Source: Paraspadella gotoi (lineage: Eukaryota > Animalia > Chaetognatha). From it: a DNA stretch of 6,424 bases. The position numbers and the translations under genes are program-made. Positions within the stretch are counted from its first letter, which is position 1. Each line of letters opens with the position of its first letter. Of the stretch, positions 1 through 6,424 are shown piece by piece. The notes under the pieces were generated by a model. The model was not told the DNA's origin, made no database searches, and was given only the letters and a program-made list of their open reading frames with translations. The DNA lies in assembly GCA_051294375.1 (NCBI GenBank), contig JBJCIZ010000077.1:1-6424 (forward strand), in the 5' to 3' direction.

Positions 1-249
1 GGTTTGGTCGTTGTCATCTTTCCTGACTCAAGGAAGGACCTTGTTTCTAAGCTTGCCTTTTTCTCTTGGTTCCTAGCTTGCAACTCTAAGCTGAGTGTAG
101 CACTTGGGCCATTGCGTGATTTAGCAAAAGGAAAGACAAAGTTCAAGCCACTGGAAATCCACAAAACAGCATTTGAAAAAGCGAAAAGTGTACTTCTTGA
201 TGAAAAACTTGGGAGAGTGAGAGTTCCCTCAACCAAACTTGAAGATGAG
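1..249 (+). pseudogene. pol: Reverse transcriptase thumb/connection segment of pol
   Basis: FPDSRKDLVSKLAFFSWF...LGPLRDLAKGKTKF...HKTAFEKAKSVL resembles the Gypsy pattern P.T.K.LRSFLG...YY...PL..LLK...F.W...AF..LK..L just before RNase H. The YxDD core is not in the window. Confidence 0.75.
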
Positions 250-644
250 CTGATTGTCCTCACAGATGGTTCTCAGCATGCCATTGGGTCTGTCATTCTG
301 CAAAAGCTTTATCCTACCACAGCAGAAATTGCAGCAGGCGCTGACAAAGACAAGAAGCAACTATACATTGTTCTATGTTACTCAAAGACTTTAGTTCCAG
401 CAAAGAGAAGTTTACCAACTTTTTTAAAGATTTTTTGGCTCTTTATGAAACAGTTCACAGATTTAGTTATCTTTTCAAAGCAAGACCTTTCTACATTATC
501 ACTGATAGTCAAGTTTTGAGAAGATGGGCTAACCTGGACAAAGTCGATAATGACTTTGTGAGAAGACTCATCTATCTGCAGAGTTTTGACTTCAAGATTC
601 TGTTCATAGAATCCAGAGCAAACCCAGCTGATGTTGTGAGCCGA
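250..644 (+). pseudogene. pol: Ty3/Gypsy-type RNase H domain (one -1 frameshift at ~425)
   Basis: LIVLTDGSQHAIGSVILQ (D at 265)...YSKTL...KDFLAL...F.YL...PFYIITDS (D at 504)...RRLIYLQSFDFKILFI...NPADVVSR (D at 630), matching TDAS..GAVL.Q / YSR.L / KE.LA / F...TDH / RW..L..FDF.I.Y / N..ADALSR. Confidence 0.92.
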
Positions 645-1480
645 TGGGAAGAGAATGATAGTGGAGATGGTACTTATGACAGGAGATTTCTCCAAGGCAG
701 GATTCTGAATGAAAAGGGAGAAAATGTTTTGCTTGAATCAGCAAGAAAAGGACTACTATGTCTAAGCTTAATGTATCTCACATTGAAATGTCCAGCCGGG
801 ACCCGCCTCCAGATATGGATGACAATGAGTGTGCATATTTTCCTGCAAATGCTTCCACTGATCCGGCACACCCTCCGTCGGCAGTTGGTGACAAAGAAGA
901 GTGTTCATCAGATGACTGGGATCCGGACAGTATAATCGAGAAGGAATTAGACAAAAGGAGCTATTCCATCTCTTCCATTGGTGCTACTCACAGTAGAAGG
1001 ACAAGGCGTCGCAGAAAGCGTGAAATCAAGAAGTGGAAAGGTCTTCTTGCCCCTTGGACAGTAAGGCATAGTAAAATTCCTAAGTTCAACTTTAATTAAA
1101 ATTCTAAACTCAATTGTTCAACTCTCAGATAAAGATGTAGCTTCAGGCCACACTGAGGAAGTTGACGAAGTTGTGGATGAGCCAATTAAAGCCAAGGAAG
1201 TTCCAGTTTTTGCAGACAAAGTTCTCCAGAAAATCTTGGAAATGCAACAGGCGCCTGATGTGAGTGAAAAAATTGATTATTTGAAGGAAAAGAGGAAGTT
1301 ACCAGATAAACATGAAGCTTTGCTTTTATCTATGGGGACTTTGGCATTCCTTCGTCACGCAGTCTCTTCATCATCAGTAATCAGGGAGTGCTACTGCGCT
1401 TGTGGACAGCCCCTGATGGAGGAATCAAGTTTCTCCTTGTTGTGTCTGAGATGGAATTTCATCGTCTTTTGAGTAAGACT

Positions 1481-1657
1481 CATGAAACAAAATTTGCTGC
1501 GGTCAATCAAGGTTCTAATCATGTTGTTGTTGGTGATCGTGATCCTGCAGCAACTCATGCTGGAGTGAATCGAACCTTAAAAACTTTGGGAAAAAGTTAC
1601 TACATTCATGGAATGAGAGAGAAGATTTCTACATACATCAGAAATTGTGCAATTTGC
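1481..1657 (+). pseudogene. pol: Integrase HHCC zinc-binding domain
   Basis: H(1481)-X24-H(1556)AGVNRTLKTLGKSYYIHGMREKISTYIRN-C(1646)AIC; the H-X29-C-X2-C part and H.G...T motif are typical of Gypsy integrases. Confidence 0.9.
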
Positions 1658-1729
1658 CTTCAGAACAATCACCAAAAAGGTTCCAGAGATGAAGGAGGGA
1701 TGCAGACACCCATGGAGCCAGGAAACTCC

Positions 1730-2180
1730 GTTGAAATTGACTTTGCAGGACCCTTCCACAATGATGCTGCATTTCCGTACATTTTTTGTGCTGTGGACCT
1801 CTTCTCCAGATATGCATGGGCATATCTACAAAATCTACGCAAGACAAAGAAGTTGTGGATTGTCTAATGAAGATAAGACAAGAGTGGAGTGGTTTACCTC
1901 GTCGCATCCATGCTGACAATGCTCTTTGTAAATCAAACACTCCCTCAGCCAATATCCTTAGTCAACATGGAGTGGAGTTGATACATGGATTGGCAAATGT
2001 GTCAAGATGTCAGTCTAAAGTAGAGAGATTCATCAATTCAATTACGAGAATAATGCTCAAATTCAAGAACATGAACCTCATCTTCAATTTCATTCTCTCG
2101 TCGGCGAAGCTAGAGTAGTTTACAATTCAACTTGTACAGATATTCTATCTGGAAAAAGTCCATCTGACGTCCATTTTTGT
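1730..2180 (+). pseudogene. pol: Integrase catalytic core, D,D(35)E
   Basis: VEIDFAGP (D 1739), AVDLFSRY, GLPRRIHADN (D 1915), QSKVER (E 2023; exactly 35 residues between D and E), then YNST...GKSPSDVHF. Frameshifts at ~1820 and ~2063. Confidence 0.93.
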
Positions 2181-2359
2181 CGTTCATCTGCAAACCTGTT
2201 GGACCCGGACGGAGAACTGCCATCTAGTGGCGTGACGGCGCCGGCAAGAGTGTGAGAGAACTTGGAAGCAAGGAGAAAACTTCAGAATGACATTTTGCGC
2301 CATGATGTGAACCGGTTCCTTCAACGCCGGAAACGCGAAAATCCGAGAGATATACATCT

Positions 2360-2550
2360 CATCTAAAAGTTGGAGATTTAGTCATGAAGAAGAAGACTTC
2401 ATTTTTCCTTGGTTCTCCACGAAAATTCAAAGGAAAGTGGATCAAGATGCGTGGGAAATAGTTGCCAAAATAGCAACGAATTCATTCAAGTGCCATTCTC
2501 TAGTCTCTGGTGAATTTAAAGTATTCCCTGGAGATCATCTTATTCGTTCA
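2360..2550 (+). pseudogene. pol: Integrase C-terminal SH3-like (GPY/F-equivalent) module
   Basis: LKVGDLVMKK...PRK..K..DAWEIVAKIATNSFKC...GDHL matches F.VGD.V....KL.PK..GPY.V....N.Y.L....H...L, with one -1 shift near 2430. Confidence 0.7.
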
Positions 2551-3151
2551 AACTTGTCCAGAGAGAGCCTCATCAAAATGGTTGACAAAATGAGAACGCT
2601 GGACCGCCGTGCCATGCCCGCCTGCGGACCGCCTCTTACCCGTTTGGCTGCTCGCCGCTCTGCTTCTGCAAATGCAGGGATCGCTATTGACGCAATTCAT
2701 CTTATTTTCGCCGAATGAGACAATATCGTAAATGTGGGATTTTGAATTTTGTATTCTTATTTTCACTAAATACTTCGTTGTATTTCGTTGCAATTGCTGA
2801 CTATTCAGATTTTTTTGAATTTTTTTTGAGTAAATACCAAATCGTTTTTTGTTTAATTAAATAAATTGACAAAAAATTATTACATGCAATTTCAATGGAT
2901 GAGATATATTGGCGAATTAATGATAATTGATGGATGCGACGTCTTTTGTTTAAACGTGGGAGACGCGCACGGCGTTTGTGCCGGTCTTTGCCGTGGCTGT
3001 AGAACGAATTATATATTATTCAATCATTATTGTACTCACATACTATTGAGAAAATGGTCGAAACTATACAATTAATTATATGTGATATTAATCATAATAA
3101 ATTAATTTTGATTACATGTATGTCGTATTAATCAAACCTTTTGAGATTCAG

Positions 3152-3287
3152 GTTCTTTTACTCACGGTTGAAGAGAAAGGCACCGATCACCCTGACACCT
3201 GCGAGATTCTTAACGGCGGACAAGTCGCTTGAAAATGTTAAGATTGCCATGGAGTGTGAGAAGAGGATCGCTATATGTGTGAGCTAA
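3152..3287 (+). other. Possible terminal exon of an unidentified gene or transposon remnant
   Basis: Acceptor-like attcag ending 3151, 44 open codons (FFYSRLKRKAPITLTPARFLTADKSLENVKIAMECEKRIAICVS*), higher GC than flanks, AATAAA at 3326-3331. No recognised domain. Confidence 0.25.
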
Positions 3288-4370
3288 AAGTTATATTTAT
3301 TAATTTTGATAACTGATCAAAAATGAATAAATTTGCATGTTGAACCAATATTTGAATCAAAAACGATCAATAATCAATGTGACAGTAAACTTATTTTGCG
3401 AAAAATTAGTGAAAGTTTTTTTTCGTTTTTTTTTTCCATAGAAAAAAAATTGATGATATTTTATTTCCGTTTTGAATTGTTTAAAAATTATTGCATTTCG
3501 AATTCAACTTATTTGTGCATTTAGAAAAATTTATTCTAAAAATTGAATTCGTCGGTTATGATTTCATATTTGAATTGTTTTGCATTCTATATCTATTTTC
3601 GTCTGCATAATGCATTTTTCATATATCTTTTGTTTTACAAAAAGTTTGATAACATGAAATTAAAAAAAAAAGAGCATCGACTTACCAAGAAAAAGAAAAG
3701 AAGTATGGCAAACATTTTTTTGATTAAATCGAGAATTGTTAGTTTATAAAAATTATTTTTTGAAAGAGTAAGTTGGAAATATTTTTTTTTGTAAGATTGT
3801 GTGGACTGAAACTTGAAATTAATTCTCTTTTATATATTCGCGATTTCATTGTCCGTTACATTTAATGTCTATCCTTGTGTATTTTATAGTGTTTTTTTGG
3901 CTAAAAATTTTATTTTTTTAACCCTGAGTATTTTTATAGTATCATTTTTAGAAATATTATTTTATTTGTTTTTGAAATTTTGGTAACATGGCCGAGTGAA
4001 GATTGGGAGAAAGAATTTAGTAAATTAGAAAAATGTAAATAATATTTCTCTCGGCCTAAAATTCCATTCTCGTTTACATTCCTACTTTGATAAACAAAGT
4101 AGTTCATATAAAAGTCATTGTTATTTTATTCTCGCGCTCATTATTATTATTTCTTCCCCTTCGATGTTTCACTAAATAAATTCTCCTTCAATTTCACCTT
4201 GGCGTTGAATTTTTTTCTACTAAAAATACTATCCTCCACTATTTCATATAAATTTTATTGATATCCTTCAAACGGTTCAGGAAATAGGCGTTTATTTGTA
4301 AAGATAGAAAAGTTTTTATGGTTTGCTTCCAAACCCTGTAACTGATCAATTTTGGCCTGCCTTACTGATC

Positions 4371-4607
4371 ATCCCCAAAATATCCCAGATGGCCTCCAAA
4401 GTCACCGTCCGCCGCGACGCCCATCGCGGTCCTTTGACTTAAATCTACGACGGCGCGTTCAAGATTGTCTCTCGCGGCGCCAAATTCTTCTGCCTCAAAT
4501 TCGCGGGCCGCCTCGATGTCTCGGTTGACCGCCTCAAACCTTTCATCGTCAATACGGTTGGAACCCCAACCATCCACGCAGCGCCTCCAAGACATGGCTG
4601 GCCGCCC
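4371..4607 (+). mobile_element. Decayed fragment of a second, unrelated Gypsy integrase C-terminus (GPY/F domain)
   Basis: Frame from 4371 (not in ORF track): IPKISQMASKVTVRRDAHRGPLT*IYDGAFKIVSRGAKFFCLKFAGRLDVSVDRLKPF...AAPPRHGWPP, matching the common animal Gypsy pattern VFVRRDA.R.PL..PYDGPF.V..R..K.F......R.DTVSIDRLKP. Stop TAA at 4440-4442; GC-rich island in AT-rich DNA. Confidence 0.85.
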
Positions 4608-5305
4608 ACTCGCCAACTCCCGGCCTCAGACAACGACGCTACACAGCCTGCAGTCGATGATTTTACCTATGTCGCTTTCTCAATATACGCTTTACCTTTT
4701 ATTTTTCGTTCTATTATTTTTCAAGGATATTATTATTATCACAGATGAATGAAACCCGGAAACAGAGGAAAGGATTAAGGAAGAGGATTCCGGAAGAGGA
4801 AGAAGATTCTGGAATGATTTTGAACGGGATTTTGGAAGCCAAATTTTTATTATTATTAATATTACATTTGCGCGAATAAATAAAATTAATAAAATATTTG
4901 ACTGTCCTTTCTTTCTCTCTTTCTGGCGAAAAGAATTTTTTATTAATCGCGCGCTCGATTCTCCGCTCGATTAAATAAAAAGAACGACGATCGATCGTTT
5001 TAATAAAAAGAACTAGCGATCCGAATTCTAAGAGTTTCTAAGCGGTAGTCAGATTCGGCGAAAATCTTGAATGGAGAAAGTCTTCCTTCGAAGGGGCGAA
5101 ATTTTGAATGTTTTTTTAGATTTCTCCTAAACGCGTGGTCCAATTTACATGAAACTTGATATAAGGAATAGGCCTCTGTCTCGTCTCCGTCCTCCCCTTC
5201 GTCTTCTCGCTTTCTTCTCCCTCGTCTTCGAAATTCTCAGTCGCTCACGTACATCCCGGATATAACCACTCTCTCAAAAAATATCTCTCCATTTACTATT
5301 TTCTG

Positions 5306-5320
5306 TCTCTCTCTCTCTCT
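5306..5320. repeat. (TC)n microsatellite, 15 nt
   Basis: tctctctctctctct read directly; a looser pyrimidine-rich tract lies at ~5174-5229. Confidence 0.85.
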
Positions 5321-5461
5321 TAGCATCTTGACGTTTAAGACCATAAAATTGAAATTAAGAAAGGCGTCGAGATTCTTGTTGTCGTTGTTATCGTTGACGT
5401 ACAAAAAATGTGGACTTTGAGAGAGGCGTTGCCGCGCGTCGGACAACATGTAAGGAGCTGA

Positions 5462-5500
5462 TTGGGGGACGGCCGCGTCTCTGACGCGACCGTCCGCCAA
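5462..5500. other. GC-rich inverted repeat/hairpin (18-position stem, 2 mismatches, 3-nt loop)
   Basis: ttgggggacggccgcgtc-tct-gacgcgaccgtccgccaa; pairs checked base by base, mismatches at 5466/5496 and 5473/5489. Confidence 0.85.
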
Positions 5501-5750
5501 CCGGGAGACTTGGGCGATTCTCGACCCCCTCCACATGAGCAAAGATATAAAAGCAATAACTCTGAAGCATCAGAGAGAATCTTATAATAATTATTTTTAG
5601 TCTCCACTATTTTTGCCTTCATATAATTTTGTAAAGTGTTCTTTAACACTTGTAATGAAATAAACTATTTCTGCCATCATATTTTGTTGAACCAAAACCT
5701 TCTTATTATTTATTCACATTATAAAGAAAAGAAAGAAGGAGAAGTGAGAT

Positions 5751-5951
5751 GAGAAAGAATTGAATAGCGAGCCAGTGGAGTCAGCAGAACCAAAGAACCC
5801 GTAAAGCAACTTTAGGCGACAGTTGTCCCCTTGCTGCAATGATGCTACAGAAGAGAAAGAATTGATTAGCGAGCCAGTGGAGTCAGCAGAACCAAAGAAC
5901 CCGTTAAGCAACTTTAGGCGACAGTTGTCCCCTTGCTGCAGTGATGCTACA
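5751..5951. repeat. Two-copy tandem duplication, period 102 bp
   Basis: 5751-5849 and 5853-5951 are 99-bp copies differing at 3 positions (5764/5866, 5803/5905, 5839/5941), separated by gaa. Confidence 0.97.
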
Positions 5952-6117
5952 CTTGATATTTACAATATTCCCGTTATTCTACGTCGGGAGGTATAAAAAT
6001 ATATTAAAAATTCATCTGGGTTCTGCGGGGACATTTATTCCTATTCTACACCAAGATGATTATCCATTGGCGCCACCGCATTCCTGCTTTAAATAGCATT
6101 AGCTTAAAACATGCTCA

Positions 6118-6294
6118 CTATTCATGTTCCATTTTTTTACCTGATGGATATACTGTAGTACAGCAGCCTTTATAATTTCCATGTTCTCTCGACTTGCAAA
6201 ATTCATCAGATTTACATTTTTTAATACTTTCTTTTTCATCACTTTCTTTAGAATTGGCAAAACTAACTGCAAAAAGTAATATAACAATAATCAT
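6118..6294 (-). CDS. Putative small secreted cysteine-rich peptide, probably a coding exon (6294-6141) followed by an intron
   Basis: MIIVILLFAVSFA-NSKESDEKESIKK-CKSDEFCKSREHGNYKGCC-TTVYPSG(KKMEHE*): hydrophobic N-terminus ending S-F-A, charged spacer, C-X5-C-X10-CC, and a CAG|GTAAAA donor-like site at 6141/6140. Confidence 0.5.
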   Translation of the reverse strand: MIIVILLFAVSFANSKESDEKESIKKCKSDEFCKSREHGNYKGCCTTVYPSGKKMEHE

Positions 6295-6424
6295 CTTTAA
6301 AATTAAATTTTTTCAGAGTAAAAAAATATTCTAAAACCAAAAAGTAACCTACACGGATTTCAAATAGGAGTGAAATGAATTGATCAAATACTGTGGATAA
6401 ATTATTTGTTATAGCAGTAGGTGC

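Larger units (their letters stand above)
1..2718 (+). mobile_element. pol: Ty3/Gypsy (Metaviridae) LTR retrotransposon internal region, 3' part of pol (RT C-terminus, RNase H, integrase); starts upstream of the window; frameshifted
   Basis: Stitching + frames (4-~425, ~425-~745, ~745-~1090, ~1065-~1360, ~1360-~1820, ~1820-~2063, 2064-~2360, ~2360-~2430, ~2430-2718) gives RT-RH-IN order, as in Gypsy-type pol (Copia places IN before RT), with Gypsy-like motifs in each domain. Ends at TGA 2716-2718. Confidence 0.93.

Noticed and set aside
420-426. T TTT TTA, an in-frame HIV-type -1 slippery heptamer at the first frameshift
   Set aside because: It lies inside RNase H rather than at a gag-pol junction, I see no clear downstream stimulatory structure, and six other -1 shifts lack such a site; loss of a homopolymer base is simpler.
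378-2793. Minus-strand and alternative-frame ORFs overlapping pol (378-695, 674-871, 1577-1759, 1638-1952, 1647-1916, 2548-2793)
   Set aside because: No motifs; explained as shadows of the pol coding sequence.
2550-3100. Chromodomain, env gene or a defined 3' LTR after integrase
   Set aside because: The pol tail has no chromodomain pattern, no long ORF follows, and no canonical PPT+TG or paired LTR can be shown within the window.
3333-3749. AT-rich ORFs 3333-3524 and 3543-3749
   Set aside because: F/I/K/N-rich translations of poly-A/T non-coding DNA with non-ATG starts.
4362-4752. Track ORFs 4362-4616 (-), 4445-4633 (-) and 4465-4752 (+)
   Set aside because: Shadows of the GC-rich Gypsy GPY/F fragment, whose real frame is + from 4371.
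5237-5649. Three overlapping minus-strand ORFs
   Set aside because: They cross a microsatellite and a hairpin island, have no recognisable domain, and are open mainly because of local GC content.
5751-5951. CRISPR array or DGR template/variable repeat pair
   Set aside because: Two adjacent 99-bp copies without spacers. All three differences are at A in the first copy, but three sites are too few, the context is eukaryotic, and the nearby RT is LTR-type.
4440-6120. Ciliate-type code (TAA/TAG = Gln), suggested by TAA at 4440 and by longer frames near 5950-6120 if read through
   Set aside because: The conserved pol domains use CAA/CAG for Gln with no in-frame TAA/TAG; a single C>T change explains 4440.
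6084-6140. Short 54-57 nt intron (ctaat branch-like site, aag/cag acceptor) after the peptide exon
   Set aside because: It would add only GMRWRQWIIILV* with no further cysteines and lacks a pyrimidine tract; not excluded, but unsupported.
6099-6287. Track ORF 6099-6287 (-)
   Set aside because: Non-ATG start; the overlapping frame 6294-6118 has a true ATG and a far more protein-like architecture.

Overview
Eukaryotic (probably invertebrate animal) genomic DNA; no prokaryotic system is visible. Bases 1-2718 (+) are the 3' part of a divergent Ty3/Gypsy (Metaviridae) LTR-retrotransposon pol: RT thumb/connection, RNase H, a long acidic linker, and an integrase with HHCC finger, D,D(35)E core and SH3-like C-terminus. 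It is split by about 8 frame changes, 7 of them -1. The rest is AT-rich DNA with GC-richer islands: a decayed integrase C-terminus of a second Gypsy family (4371-4607), a hairpin-rich 127-bp island (5409-5535), a 102-bp-period tandem duplication (5751-5951), and a 58-codon minus-strand signal-peptide/cysteine-rich ORF (6294-6118) missed by the ORF track, which may be the first coding exon of a small secreted protein. All calls come from manual translation and motif recognition; no searches were run.
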